Of a stretch of 64,000 bases of DNA, positions 23,550-37,937 are shown one piece after another. The DNA is taken from the NCBI RefSeq assembly GCF_006345805.1, contig NC_043013.1, forward strand, positions 25,854,001-25,918,000. The letters are read 5' to 3'. Below the pieces are notes generated by a model. It was given only the letters and a program-made list of their open reading frames with translations. It was not told the origin of the DNA and did no database searches. Each line of letters starts with the position of its first letter. Within the stretch, counting starts at the first letter, position 1. Source of the DNA: Octopus sinensis. Its lineage: Eukaryota. A program made the translations under genes and the position numbers.

Positions 23550-24494
23550 TGTGTGGGTGTGTGCGTGTGTGTATATGTATGTGTGAATGTGCGCGTGCAT
23601 GCATGCGTATGTATGTATTGTGTTTATGCATGTTTGCCTGTAGATCGGTTAATTCTTCATCAAACATTTACTTCATAATTTTATTTTCCTGCAGAATTTG
23701 GTTTCCGTCCTGTCAGATTTATTGATTGATATCGGATGTGCCAGTTGTTTAGAAAAGCGAGCGAGCTTCGCCTTAGCAAACCTCATACAGAGTCCGGGGC
23801 ATAATTAACAATTACAGTTTTGACCTTCAGAGTGCAAAGTGCACAACGCTAGTATTGTTGGTGTTGCTGTTGCTGTTAGTGTTGTTGTTGTTGTTGTTAT
23901 TGTTGTTGTTTTTGCAGTTGTTTTTCGCCTCATCTTAGCCATCCCGATCTCCGTAGCCAATGAAATATAGAAGAACCTGACATAAGAAAATTAAATTACC
24001 ATCTTGGAAAAAAAGTTTGTTTTTTCCGTTCGACACAGAAACACAATCTCATCCAGCTGAAAGATTTGATGTATGAAAGCAGAGCAAACTGTTTCTGAAT
24101 CCGACAATGATAGGACATAAATCAAGATTGTTTTACATCTGAAAGATCCGTCTAACGCTTTCTTAGCTTCCTCTAATGAAAGTAACATGGAAGAATCACG
24201 TGATAGTCACATGGTTCATCGGACATGTCACAAAAGAAACATTCGTGTCCAAGATAACAAAGTAGAGATGAAATATGTATTAAATACAAGAAGGATTGTT
24301 GATTGTTTAATTAAGATCGGATTTATTATGCTTTCTTCATAGTGATTCAGAATTTTTACGTGTAGATATAAATGAACAGGTGTAGCAAATGGACAGGTGA
24401 GTTCAACGAGGGTTGGAAGGGATTATATACCTGTTGCCATAGAAAGAAACTCTGTATGAAAGCAGGTAGCGGTTGTTAGATCTAATATAATAAT

Positions 24495-24910
24495 CCGTTT
24501 CTTCTTGAGGTACGAGGCCTGAAAATTTGAAGGGAGGAGGTTAGTCGGTTACTTTGACCCTAGTAATCAACTGATACTTATTTCACCGACCCCAAAAGAA
24601 TAAAAGACAAAGACGACCCCAGTGGAATTTGAACGCAGGACGTAATGAATCAGTAGATACACTGCAAAGTATTTGTTTTTCCGACGCTCTAAAAATTCTG
24701 CCAGATAGCCACCTAACGATAATTTCTTCAACTATAAGCACAAGGCCAGAAACTTTGAGGAAAAGGGGCCAGTCGATCACATTGACCGCAGAGAATGACT
24801 GGTACTTATTTCATCCACCCTAAAAGGATAAAAGCAAAGTCGACCTCGGCGGAATTTGAACTCAGAACTTAAAGAGCCAGAAGAAATGCAGATAAGTCTT
24901 TCGTCCGACT
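24495..24910 (-). mobile_element. Two tandem Nin/Deu-domain-like SINEs
   Basis: Two minus-strand copies of the family body. Confidence 0.8.
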
Positions 24911-25849
24911 CTTAAGATTCTGCCAGTTCCAGCGAGATATTTCCAAAATGCCTCGTTCTATGCGTTCTGCCTCTTTGTTCTACAATTCATTTCGATCGGA
25001 TCGTTTCCTGGCCATTTTTTGTTAGTCTCTTCCTATTAATTTAGATACTCCTAAGCAGATAATCCCTATCTCATAGTTTACTGGCTTATGATTACGAACG
25101 GAACACAATCCACACACGATGGGTGACTACTGGTTCGTACAACGGGAGACCAGCACGACGCATAAGCGCAAGGGCAAGTGTCTCAAACATTTCTGAGCTG
25201 AGCATATAAAAAATAAACTGAGTATTCCCTTAACATAAATATACTATGTACCATTATATTATAATACTATTTGCCTTGAACATAAATTTACTCTATACAG
25301 TACTAATATACTAACTATTATAATAATTATTTACCTTGAACATAACTATTCCTGATTCTAATACACTATTAATATATAACTCAAAATCCTGACGTGCGAT
25401 AGCAATTCTGAGTTCAGATTCGGAATCAGTGTACTCGATTTAGTTTAGAACAGCACCATTTGTCTGGCTAGCAGACATTAAATCATTTTTTGTTGCCCAG
25501 TGTAATCTATGGCTTTGTTCCAAACCGCCAACTTACTCGTGAATATGTATTTTCATTGCTAGATCAAGTCTTCTGTAACCACCTCCCATCACACACGAAA
25601 CCTGACATCTTCGTTGTCCAGCTTTAGCGGTTGACATGCCTTGTTTACATTAACGGTTCATGAACAGACATATTTATATAACACAGAAACAGACTGACTT
25701 ATTGGCCAAAGGGTACATGACGTTACCTCTTAGGTTTAGAGGTTATGTACAACTGGCATACTTACCTAAATTCTAGTGACTCCACTGTGCGCATGCATAT
25801 GTATAGATGAATATATGCTTGGATGTGCATACACATATGCGCATGTATA

Positions 25850-25865
25850 TTATATATATATATAT

Positions 25866-25912
<47 letters not shown>

Positions 25913-26042
25913 TAAATACATACATACATACATACGTACGTACGTACGTACGTACGAACATACGTACGTACGTACGTACGTACGTACGTACATACGTACA
26001 TACATACATACAAACAAACAAACAAATAAACAAACAAACAAA
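25850..26042. repeat. Compound (TA)n-(TACA)n-(TACG)n-(ACAA)n microsatellite
   Basis: Directly visible. Confidence 0.95.
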
Positions 26043-26993
26043 GTATATAGTGTTAAAATGTTACAAGTTAAAAACGAGAAACTGGAACATTCAAGAGATT
26101 CCAATGGACTTAAATTTCTTAAAGCTTATTCGTTTTTCTCATTCTTCTTTATTCCGCTTTCTTTCCTTACTTCCCCTTTTTCTCTCATGGATCCATGGAT
26201 CGCAAATTCAGTAACATTGCAGATATTTCGTTCTGCTTCTGATAGAACACATTTTCACATTACTACACATTTTACTTGTATTTCTATAAACAATCGGCCC
26301 TGGAATAAGAAAAGGCAGAAGTCGACTGCGAAAGGATTAGAACTCAGAAAGCAGAGCAAAGCGATTAAATACTCTAATTATTATTTTAGAGCGTCTCTCT
26401 ACCGATTTCGCTACCCAGTCACTAGCTCTTATCACCATAAACATTTATTATTATACAACAGAAAATCTAGCATGACCCCCAATCCCGCAATACAATGACG
26501 TCAATGAAAAAGAAGATATAATCTGAGAGCGACGTCGAAATACTGAGGTTAACAAAATAACTACGACACCAATGTCACAATATATTTGTATAAATAAAGG
26601 TTGATGTGATCTCAATGTCAAAGTATGAAGACGTCGACAAAAAAAAAAAACTGACTACCTGATCTAATTTCTAGAAATAGGAAAAAAATTCAAAGTTCAA
26701 TTCTTCATCCATGGAACGAAAAATGGTGGTGCTCATTCGGTTATTCTTGAATTCCATTTTGCTCTTCAGTGCTTTTCTAATCTATAATCGTTTGGTTTAG
26801 CGCAGTGATTCTCAATAATTTTTATTATTTCATTCTGGTGAACTCCCGTAGCCATTCCATGTTTAAAAACTAGTTTTATAGAAACTTCTTTCAAAATTGT
26901 TATTCTGTTTTTCACACATTAACTTGAGCAGGTTGAACTCTGTAAAACGCATGAGAAAGAACTCTTGCTGCCTCTTGCAATAAATACATCGAA

Positions 26994-27193
26994 AAAGGCG
27001 GCGAGCTGGCAGAAACATTAGCACACCGGGCGAAATGCTTAGCAGTATTTCGTCCGTCATTACGTTCTGAGGTGGACTTTGCCTTTCATCCTTTCGGGGT
27101 CGATAAATTTAGTACCAGTTGCGTACTGGGGTTGATCTAATCGACTAGCCCCCTCCCCCAAAATTTCGGGCCTTGTGCCTAGAGTAGAAAAGA
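26994..27193 (+). mobile_element. Nin/Deu-domain-like SINE
   Basis: AAGGCGGCGAGCTGGCAGAAAC head; internal deletion around the B box. Confidence 0.88.
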
Positions 27194-27864
27194 ATAAATA
27201 CATCGGAAGCGAATTTTTTTTCAATGGACCCTTAAAATACCGCTGTGGATCTCCGGTTTACTATTTTGTTTGTATGGACCCCCAGGAGGTCACACGGATC
27301 ATTGGTTTTGAGAACCACTGGTTTTGCACCATCACGGGTGCCTTTAGCTGAGTACACTTTGTTGCAAAGATTCAGACCAAGCTTCCAGTTTGAGGAGTAC
27401 TTCCCCTTTTTTTTCCTCACCCCAATCATTGAGATTCTGAGAAGAGTCACGGTTACCGGCTACCCTACCTTCTTTCACTATGTCATATAAAATACCAAAG
27501 AAGGTACTAAATCTCCATTTATTTATCAAAAGGCCAGACTATAAGAAAATCGGCAGCACCGATTTGTAAATTCAAATTCACTGCAATTGTTTAATTGTAT
27601 TTTTGTCGGATAAAAAACACTTCATTTTTCCTGTTTGAGGAGAAAACAGTGTAACTTTCGAATACATATCATGATAAGCAAGATAATATTACAGATGATT
27701 TTTTAATATTGATTTCAAATTTTCACATAAGGTCAATAGTTTTCGGGGGAAGCGATTAATTCGGTTACATCGACCACAGTGCTTGAGAACGTCCAAATTT
27801 AGATAAATAAAGTCATAAGGCCTCACTTAACAAAATCAAATGCCTCTTTCGTCTCTTGACCTCA

Positions 27865-28045
27865 CTTAACAACCGGTGTTGGTGTGTTTACGTTCCCGTA
27901 ACTTAGCAGTTTGGTAAAAAAAAAATAATTAAAGACCGATAGAATAAGTGCCCGGCCTAAAAAAATTTAAGTTCTAGGTTAGACTCGTTCAATTAAAATT
28001 CAAGGCGGTGCCCCAGCATGGCCGCAGTCTAATGACTGAAGCAAG
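27865..28045 (+). mobile_element. SINE 3' half
   Basis: GTGTTGGTGTGTTTACG..AAGGCGGTGCCCCAGCATGGCCGCAG..(AAAAGAT)n. Confidence 0.75.
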
Positions 28046-29204
28046 TAAAAGATAAAAGATAAAAAAATATGTTAACTTAATATACGGATACCGTAGAGCA
28101 CACTTGTTAGTATTCACATATTCCTCACCTCTCCGTAAATTATTTCTTGTATATTTAAGGCTTTACGCATAAAAATATTTCGTTTCCCGACATTTGAAAA
28201 AAATTTTATTGTAGTCTTTTCAGATGATTATTTCGTTAAGACGTCATCTAGTTAACATTTTTAATGATATTTTTTTAAAGCAGAAAGCCAATAATTTCTT
28301 ACGCTGAACACGGTTTACTTTCAACATTTTTGACAAAATTTCGTAATTTAGAAGTTATTTCGTGTTAAAGTTGTCGTATTTGGGTAATTTTAACCAAACA
28401 ATGACGTGTATTCAGTTGTAGAAAGCTACTGCTGCTGTTTGCGATAGTAATGGAAGAGCAACAACTTCCGGGTCATTTCTACTAAAGGTTACCACTCTGT
28501 TCTATTTATTTTTGTTTAGCGCCTGTGTTGCATATTACCCTTCGTATACACCAGTATACGAAGTTTCAAAGTGTTTAAAGAAAAATAATTTAAAAATCTG
28601 TTAGCGAAACTGAAGAGATCCGCCAGCAATTTTGAGTGGAAGAAGTCAGTTACTTGCATCGATCTCAGTATTTCGCTGGTATTTCATTTCATCGATGCCA
28701 TAAAAGGCAAAGTTGGCTTCGGTGAGATTTGAAATGGCTTAAATAGAGAAATCTGTTGAGACGTTAAACTTTTGACATTTTTATTATGACGTAATATAGG
28801 TTACATTTTCTGAACAAAAAAAACTTGCTTATTTTTGTTTCATTTCTTTACTGTTTCTGCAGACACCAACTTCGGAATTAAACTCAATGTCTTGCCTATT
28901 AAATCCAAGACAGTATTTTGATGTCTCACAGACCAGTATGGTAGATAGACAACAAAATTAGTTTACAATCACACCCACATTTCAAAGATTCATTCTACTG
29001 TAACGAAATCCTTTCAAATATTAAGGACTAAATCATGTATCTGGGTAATGTTCTTTTGTTAGTGTATATGTATATATAATCGCACAAATCCATACGGATA
29101 CACTTCCATATACACAAAGATGGCTATGTATATATTTCTGGGTGTATGTGTTTGGCTGTGTGTATGTGCGTTAAGCTTGTATATGTGTGTCTGCATTGAT
29201 GTAC

Positions 29205-29582
29205 GCTTTGGCCGACGCCTTACTGAAAAACTAAAGAAACGGTTCAATAACCAGTCACAGACATGTTCGAAGAGGAGCAGAACCAACCCTTCAAAAATAG
29301 AAGATATCAATACCCAGCTCCCACTTTGGCAGTCTCACTGTTGGGGCAAAGCTGAAGATGAAGAGAAATGTAATCAGTACAATCAACAGAATCAAGGTAA
29401 GAAGTGCACGGAATATGCCATACCTGGCGGCGGCTCCAGAAAAGTTTTTATATGTCCTGTCTGTGACCGAAGCTGTACATCAAGGATTGGAATGTTCAAG
29501 CATCAACAAATCCACAAACAAAATACAAGATGATCATAATCAGATTCAAGAAGCGACTATAAACAAGCAAGCAAGAAGCAGC
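29205..29582 (+). mobile_element. RTE-clade LINE 3' end
   Basis: ORF ends GRRLTEKLKKRF...FICPVCDRSCTSRIGMFKHQQIH (C2H2-like RTE terminus), short 3' UTR, (CAAG)n tail. Confidence 0.85.
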
Positions 29583-29776
29583 AGATGCATGAACACATAT
29601 TATATTCAACAAATTTTCACATACAACATTTAACGGTCTTCTTTCTTTGAGTTTGAGTTTTTTTTCCATAAATTTAGGATTATCTTTCATGTAACAGAGT
29701 ATTCTTCTATATTTTGTATTTCAACCGTCGCACAAAATTTCAAGCGTTGTGCCTATTGTAGAAAAGGTTATTATTA

Positions 29777-29831
<55 letters not shown>

Positions 29832-29834
29832 TAA

Positions 29835-29899
<65 letters not shown>

Positions 29900-30049
29900 T
29901 TTAAAAAGGATTGACGTAACTCTTCACAAAGGTAAACAGTCAAGACGAAGAGCGCGATTCGATTGTAGGATATTTTATGAGTTGAACGATATTTCAACAG
30001 TACGTCTGTCTTTGTCAAGTTCAAAATAAGAAGTGATAAAAATTCAAAA

Positions 30050-30760
30050 TTATAGAAATTTAAACGTAAAGTATGAACGAGAGCAACCAGCGTCCACACG
30101 TTGATGGAATGACATCATCAGTTTTTAAGTTACAATTTTATAACAGGCGAAAAGAAAAAGACAAAAAAAACCAGAAAAAAGAAGACGACAGACTGAAAGG
30201 AAAGAAAAAGAGAGAAAGAAGAATATTTAATCTAACAGTTTTGTATAAATTTGATGATATTCTCCTGTCATCTTATTGTGTTTCGTGCATTCTGCAGCGT
30301 ATACCAAATGGGCATCTTTACTTGTTCCACCTTCTGTATAAATCATAACATTTCTATTATGATTTCTGATGGAATTCACTTCACTCATGTTGTTGCACAA
30401 TGAACAGGACTTACCTCTCTTGCGGCTGTTCTTTAAGGTACTGCGTGCAGATACTCCAATGTTCGTTTTCTTGGAGTCAGATGTAGAGGTCCATAATTCT
30501 TTTATATTCTTATTCCGTCTAAATGCTACAATAGGCGGCTGAGGAAATATCTGTTTGAAACTAGGATATTTTTTCACCACATGCTGGTAACTTTCATGCT
30601 ACACTTTTGAAATGCCAGCGAAATGTCGGTGCCAGCTAATCACTAAAGGAATTCTGCCATTTATTGTATTGTGTTTGCTGTTGATCAGGCACCCGCGGCT
30701 TTTGTGGGGTTTTCCACGAGGACCTTTAAAGCACCTCCCCCTTATTGGGAGATTTTATTG
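30050..30760 (-). mobile_element. Penelope-like element: RT-EN linker and start of GIY-YIG endonuclease
   Basis: RIPLVISWHRHFAGISKV*HESYQHVVKKYPSFKQIFPQPPIVAFRRNKNIKEL...CSLC...LVYAAECTKH; a degenerate CTGATGA lies downstream at ~30114. Confidence 0.8.
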
Positions 30761-30917
30761 TTAAATTTTTCATTGTTATTCTTAATGTTTACAGGCGTTA
30801 AAACCCATTGTATCGTCCGGTTTTTGTCTTTCAATGTTACTGTATGTCCTTTAATGTTGTTTTATGTTAGCCCTTGTGGCCAATAAAAGAATTAATTATT
30901 ATCATTATTATTATTAT

Positions 30918-31132
30918 TAAGGCGGTGAGCTGGTAGAATCGTTAGCTCGCTGGGCGAAATGCTTAGCGGTATTTCGTCTGCCGCTACGTTCTGAGTTCAA
31001 ATTCCGCTGAGGTCGACTTTACCATTCATCCTTTCGGGGTTGATAAATCAAATACTAGTTGAACACTGCGGCCGATGTAATCGACACATCCCTCCCCAAA
31101 ATGGCTGCCCTTGTGGCAAAATTTGAAACCAT
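30918..31132 (+). mobile_element. Nin/Deu-domain-like SINE
   Basis: Near-consensus head and body. Confidence 0.9.
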
Positions 31133-31151
31133 TATTATTATTATTATTGTT

Positions 31152-31203
<52 letters not shown>

Positions 31204-31204
<1 letters not shown>

Positions 31205-31745
31205 GAGTGAGAGAGCAGTGCATGCCATCAAAGTGACACTCAGGTAAAATATGCAAAGCCCAATATATCCATCATGACTACCCGTCTGATAAGGGCACAC
31301 TAGTCACATGCATCACAACTATATGTGCATGATATAGTGATCTCATATCAAAATTAACAGCGCAGAACCTTGCAGGTGGCGCCCAGTTAGAATTTTCGTC
31401 AGGTTGAGTAACCCATCCTACTCAAAAGGTCCCTGAATAAGGGTTGTTTAAGGAGGTTGAACGAAACACCCATATTTCCAGAGGTGAATTATTCAAACCC
31501 AAAGAATTCAGCTTAACACATGACTATGATGCTCCCCCACTAATTCTGCTCGTGAGCAGAGATGCACATATTGTCAGCCACCAAGGGAATGCTCAACTGG
31601 CTATGGTCAAGCAACTGACAAGCAAATCTGGGGTACTGAGCAGAATATTTGTTGTAGCCCATCTTTTATACCAAGATAAAGCAATGTACTTGATAACACT
31701 CCCAATCAGTTAAGATCAGAAGCCATGAGAGTCACTGCTTGGTAC

Positions 31746-31746
<1 letters not shown>
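31204..31746 (+). mobile_element. ~540-bp non-coding interspersed repeat bounded by (ATT)n
   Basis: TGAGTGAGAGAGCAGTGCATGCC...CTGCTTGGTACT; other copies at 59539-60016(-), 61314-61792(+), 39527-39597 and 61127-61240. Confidence 0.85.
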
Positions 31747-31819
<73 letters not shown>

Positions 31820-31853
31820 TATTATTATTATTATTATTGTTGTTGTTATTATC

Positions 31854-31921
<68 letters not shown>

Positions 31922-31935
31922 CATTATTATTATTA

Positions 31936-31994
<59 letters not shown>

Positions 31995-31997
31995 TAT
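31747..31997. repeat. (ATT)n/(ATCATT)n microsatellite
   Basis: Directly visible. Confidence 0.97.
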
Positions 31998-32182
31998 TAA
32001 GGTAGCGAGCAGGCAGAATCAGACAAACGTGCTTAGCAGCATTTCGTCTTTATGTTCTGATTCAACCGAGGTCCACTTGCCTTTCAGCCTTTCGGGATCA
32101 ATAAAATAAGTACCAGCTGAACTCCGGGGTCGATGTAATCGATTTACCCCCACCCCAAACTTGCTGTCCTTGTGAAAAAGTT
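31998..32182 (+). mobile_element. Nin/Deu-domain-like SINE, diverged
   Basis: AAGGTAGCGAGCAGGCAGAATC head; GGGGTCGATGTAATCG body. Confidence 0.75.
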
Positions 32183-32329
32183 TGAAACCATTATTATCAA
32201 GACAGCGGGCGAGCAGAATCGGCGGTGCGCCAGACAAAAGAGGGCAGTAATATTCATTGTTTCGTTTTGACAAACATTAACCAACTTCTACAATTACCTG
32301 AAAGAGGAAAAATAAACCCTTTCCCAGTA

Positions 32330-32610
32330 AATATCTGATAACAGAGTCACTTTTGGAGATACTGAATGGGTCATCTCTTTGTTTTACATTAGTTTATATA
32401 TATCATCATCACTTGTTCCCTGTTCACCGAGTTCAATATCCGTATCAGTTATTCCTGTTTTCTCGAGTATGTTCACAGAATCCTTTCCAAGCATCTTTGG
32501 TGGAACACATTTACTTTTCTGTCTACTTTCACGGGTCTCTCGTATGCCTCACTGGTATAGAGAACTATCTGGGGAACTATATGCTATTACACAGCCGGAT
32601 TTTTGTCAGC
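32330..32610 (-). mobile_element. Decayed RTE LINE fragment
   Basis: YTSEAYERPVKVDRKVNVFHQRCLERIL resembles the RTE LYGSETW..FHQRCLRRIL motif. Confidence 0.55.
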
Positions 32611-33224
32611 ACTAGATAAGATGATCACGTGATATCAAGTAGCTTATAATTACCCTACAATTAAATATCAATTAAGTATTAGTAGTATTAGTATTATTAA
32701 TTTCCCGCCATTCTGCATGAATTAGCTTTCACGTGCACAAGATAAACGTCCTGTGAACATTCTAGACAGCACTTAAAACTAATTGTTTCGTACTCAATCA
32801 CAAGAATAGTAATTAAGAGAAGGGGTTTATTCGATATCAATGATCCCCAGGATTTCACTGGTACTTTATTTTATCGATCCTGGAGAGATGCAAGACAAAT
32901 TTGACATCGGTGAGATTTGAACTCAGAACGCAAAGATACAGAAAGGACATCGCAAGATAGTTACGCGTCAACAATTCTATTAACACACACACAAACTCGA
33001 CATCAGCCACTTCCGGTCTGATACTCTTCGTCTTCCATCAGCTGGACAATGATTTTGGCTGAATATTCATTGATATCTTCCTTTGAAAGATGTGTTAAGA
33101 GAGGTTATGAGTAGTTAACTTTAAGAGTATTCAGGGAGCCGACGAGGAAGAACTCAAGACCTTTATCAGATGACGCAGAGTTTGCGAATTATGACTAATC
33201 TCCAAACCCATGGCTTACTAATAT

Positions 33225-33430
33225 TCTTTTTTACTCTAGGAACAAGGCCCAAAATTTGGTGGGGTGGGGAGGAGGCCAGTCGGTTAGATTGACCCCAGTA
33301 CGCAACTGATACTTAATTTATCGACCCCAAAAAAGATGAAAGGCAAAGTCAACCTCAGAACGTAAGACAGACCAAATACCGCGGAGCATTTCGCCCGGCG
33401 TGCTAACGTTTCTGCCAGTTCACCGCTTAG
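33225..33430 (-). mobile_element. Nin/Deu-domain-like SINE
   Basis: Family body on the minus strand; another remnant at 32850-32960. Confidence 0.85.
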
Positions 33431-34489
33431 TAATATTACCATGAAATGCAGTTAGTCTGACGATGTGTAAGAATAGCTATCTCTACATAGGTATAAGGTC
33501 AGTGAGCTTATATCGAAATATATATTGCTAATATGTGTAGGATGTCTGCAACAAAATCTTTTCCGCTTCTGTTCGTGCTGTCTCTCAAGTGCATTGGATG
33601 AGCGTGCTGGGGATCTGTCAGAAGTGGAACGAGAGTGACTCTTGGCGAGGCTGGAGGAGTTTGTTCCGCCTACACTGCATTTATTTCAAGCATTTACCAA
33701 ATTATTCTTTCTTGTTTCTTTTACTTCTTTCATCGCTTACGTGTAGAAGAACGAAACACCTAAAACATTTCTTTAAACCTTTTTTTCAACGTTAAAGAAA
33801 TCCAAGAAACAGTCTTACACCAGCTCACACACACACACGCGCGCTGCATTAATTTAGCCACCAACATATCAATAGTTCTCCATTTAAACTCTACCGTATA
33901 ATCGAAGCATTTTAATAAATCAATGTTTCTTTATAAAAATGTTTACTGCATTAAAAAAAAAGCAGAAAACAATTTAAAAAAATGGAATTAAAACAGAGAA
34001 CAAATAGGAATAAAAGCAAATAAGAAACAAATAAGAGTGTTATATTCAGAATTTCTGAATATATGTTTTGGTAAAATAGCTGGAAGTAACAATCTTTAAC
34101 TGACACTCCACGTTTATATTTCAATCTTTAATCAAAAGTTATAGACCCATCTATCTCGCTTTTGGTTGTTTTATGTATATTTTAAATCTTTAAACTCCTT
34201 CTGAAATAAATTTCAGTATACCTGTTAGATGTCTGGATCGGACCACATTGTTATAGGCTCATAACAATGTCCTTTCAGTGCAGGAAACCAGGCTGGTTTC
34301 AAAGAGAATCCGATGCAATCTTTTATTTAAAATGTAATAGAACGTTTCATGGCTGTCGACAAGCATGATTCGCAATATCAAGGTTGATAAAATAATATTT
34401 CGGTATTTGTGCTGTTATTGAATTCTCAGAAACAGTAACGGGTCGAATTCATCCCTAAGTATCTATCTCTGTCAAAGGTAATTTTTTCT

Positions 34490-34850
34490 TGTTTCAGCCA
34501 TTAGACTACAACCATGCTGGTGCACCAACTTGAATGTTTAGTCGAGCGAATCAACGCCAGGATTTTTTTGAGCTTGGTACTTACTCTATCGGTTTCCTTT
34601 GTCGAACGGGGACGTAAACACACCAACACTGGTTATCAAGCAGTAATGAAGAGACAAACACATACACGCGCGCGCATACATATATATAACTAGCTTCTTT
34701 TAGTTTCCATCAACCAAATCCATTCACAAGGCTTTGGTCGGGCCGAGGCTATTGTAGAAGTCACTTGCCCAAGATATCATGTAGTGGAACTGAACCCAGT
34801 ACCATGTGGTTGTGCAGCAAACCTCTTACCACACAGCCACGCCTGCGCCT
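34490..34850 (-). mobile_element. CORE-like tRNA SINE (41311 family)
   Basis: Minus-strand head AGGCGCAGGCGTGGCTGTGTGGTAAG. Confidence 0.85.
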
Positions 34851-35160
34851 ATTACGGCTCCGTTGTTTTGAATTAATCATGCATTATCTTGTAGCTTCGC
34901 GATTTCGATAATGTGATTGTTTAATTCTTAGAAAGACATTACAGAGCTGGTGTGAGAGGCCGGATCGGACCAGCCGGAACTTAAAAACAAACTGAATATT
35001 TAGACCGCATAGGACCAGTTTAAATGCTGCGAGTAGGAGCACTTCTATGTGACACACAAAAATGATGACTAAAAATGTCCACATATTTTTATATTCTCAT
35101 GTATTTAAACATTTTACATGGAAGGGCGCTGTTTATCTCACACGCTTGTAAGAAATCGGT

Positions 35161-35305
<145 letters not shown>

Positions 35306-35542
35306 TGCTGTTGCTGCTTCTTTAGGATGAAGCGGCAGTGATAACAATGGCGGTGGGAGTTAGTTTTATCACAACCTTACACCCTAGCGGGGTCCTTTCA
35401 TTTTTTCTCTGGTAACAAAAGCCTTTGAATTGGTCCAAGTCCTTTCCACGTCTATAATCGTTACATTTCACTATGGTTATATGTGTTCAATCTCTTCGAC
35501 AAGATTCCTAGATTGATCCAATTCTATACACACACACGCACG

Positions 35543-35596
<54 letters not shown>

Positions 35597-36121
35597 ACAC
35601 ACACACACACAAGCACACGCACACACACACACAAACATCAGTGAGTAAATAAAGGAGATAAAGAGAGGGAGAGGGAGGGAGAGAGAGAGAGAGAGAGAGA
35701 GCGTCAGCACTAAGATACCTCAGGGTTGAAAAGTTCAAACTTCCACTTCATATGCAAACCACTGACTGTTTACGTGTCTTTGCCCGAGTGAACGCTGACA
35801 CGTCGTCGACGTCAAAATTCAGCTTTTGTTGATGTCTGTCTTGTATAACAACTAACAACCACTGGTTACTTCTACGTGCATTACGGAATAATGGTCTGTA
35901 TAATTTGCAATAAACCTCTACAAAGCTCTATGAATTCAAGCCAAGTTGGGAGTATCAGTGTTGACTATCGACTGGCTGAAAACAATAGTCAAATCTCCAT
36001 CAAATTTTACTCTGCTGTCGTACAAAAACAAAAAAAAGGACAAGGAAATATTGAATAATGTAATCATAGGCAAACGAAAAGACGAGATGGTGACGACATA
36101 ATTGAAACGTCAGTACTTTTT

Positions 36122-36483
36122 GGTACTTTTTGCCATAAAAAAATTGGGTTATCTCCCCACTAAAAAGTTGAGTTTACGTGGCGACAAGAGGTTGGATTAA
36201 AAGAGATCCTTTTGATTCGATACTTCAGCACATTGTTGACATTTGGCCTCCTCAATAGGAATGCTATGATTTGTTACAAAAATGTTATCAGATTCAATAA
36301 GATGTTTCATTTTTTCAGTTTTGTATGATGTGTTATAAAAATATTATCAAATTCATTAAAATGTTTAATCTTTTTGCTTTTCATGTTTATTAATTTTTTC
36401 TTTTTTTTTTGGTTTTATTGAGGGCTAAACAATTTTTTTAGTTGGGGGACATAACCCATTTTTTTATTGGGATAAAAAGTACC
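36122..36483. mobile_element. MITE with ~50-bp TIRs
   Basis: GGTACTTTTTGCCATAAAAAAATTGGGTTATCTCCCC.. / ..GGGGGACATAACCCATTTTTTTATTGGGATAAAAAGTACC. Confidence 0.75.
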
Positions 36484-36953
36484 TAAACCTCTACAATGCT
36501 CTATAAATTCATGCCCATTTGGGGATATCAGTGTAGACTATCGACTGGCTGAAAACAATAGTCAAATCTCCATCAATTTTTACTCTGCTGTCATACATAT
36601 ATTGGATATATTGGATAATGTAGTCATAGGAAAACAAAAGGACGAGATGGTGACGATTTAATTGAAACGTCTTTGAACGGGGCTGATCTGGTATCGAATA
36701 AGTCAAAAGCCTTGCGTGTTTCCGTGTTTACGTTAACGGTTAGATACTAGCTCGCAGAATTGCAATGAGCAGGTTAATTAATGCCTTTAGTTCTACGCCT
36801 TTATAATCGTAGTCTCAAGTCTGCCACAAACCTACAAAGCGCATCATCAAGCCGCAGCCCAAACCGGTCGCGTAAACGAGAAGCTAATCTATCGCAGACT
36901 TAACTTCCGAACTGTTGCTTCGGAACTGCAGCACACCTTTCCCGAAAATACTA

Positions 36954-37510
36954 CCATACATATCCACATACAACCTCAGAAACAAAGAAGCCTTCACCAT
37001 CATCACCCAAAATCTACCAATGGTGCATTAGGACCCCAAATTAAAGGAAATTTTACACACATATAAGATCATTAAAAGCCAACAACCGAAATCACTAAAA
37101 AAGATCCTCACAAAGGCAAAATTATTTTCTAAAATAAAAGACGCAAAAGTGAAAAAATGTGGTCTACCAAATTGCGCAACACGCCCAAACCTTCTAAAAA
37201 GGACCAGAATTCCTTTTTAAAGCGGGATAAAAATTCAAAATATTGTGCCTCAGAAACCTGATTTATGTTATAAGATGCTCGGGCTGCCACCAATACTACA
37301 TAGGGTCCACGGGATTATCACTCAAACACAGATGCACATTGCACCGACAGTAGATTGCATTCCCAGAATACAGAATGATACCCTTTAATGAACACGTTGA
37401 GAGATGCGCAATTTGTAACCTTTCCATTTTTCAATGTGTCATTGGAACACCAACACAAGTTAGATTAAATAAGGAAACCTACTCATTGAAAATATAAGCC
37501 AAAACTTAAC
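36954..37510 (+). mobile_element. Penelope-like element: decayed GIY-YIG endonuclease region
   Basis: PYISTYNLRNKEAF..KSQQPKSLKKILTKA..KCGLPNCAT; then NLIYVIRCSGCHQYYIGSTGLSLKHRCTLHRQ* at 37255-37350. Confidence 0.85.
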
Positions 37511-37905
37511 CATTTCTATCATTCTTAAATAAGTAAATTTACCTCATTGAAAAATATAAAGCAAAACTTAACCACTTGTAACATTTTATTCTACCAGAAC
37601 CGAATCATGTTAAATTAAGAAAACCTAATCATTCCCAACATTTTTTATTATCTCCCTTAAGCCGAAAAATTCATGATTACCTTCCCCTGTTTGGAATTCC
37701 CCTACATCACACCGTAGCGAAGAAATGATACAATATCTGTAAAGAAATTTGAGAAATTTGGGAAGAAAATACGAAACCGGTTATTTTCCAAAAACAATGT
37801 CACTACACACAAGTCTTCTATAGTTTTTTTCATTCTATTTTGTTTTTTATACATACATACATACATACATACATACATACATACATACATACATACATAC
37901 ATACA

Positions 37906-37936
<31 letters not shown>

Positions 37937-37937
<1 letters not shown>

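Noticed and set aside
31280-31300. HHR core (CTGATAAG) in the 540-bp repeat
   Set aside because: No stem II-GAAA-NUH arrangement follows in any copy.
33540-33720. Ser-rich coding exon on the minus strand
   Set aside because: No ATG, weak splice signals, no recognisable homology.
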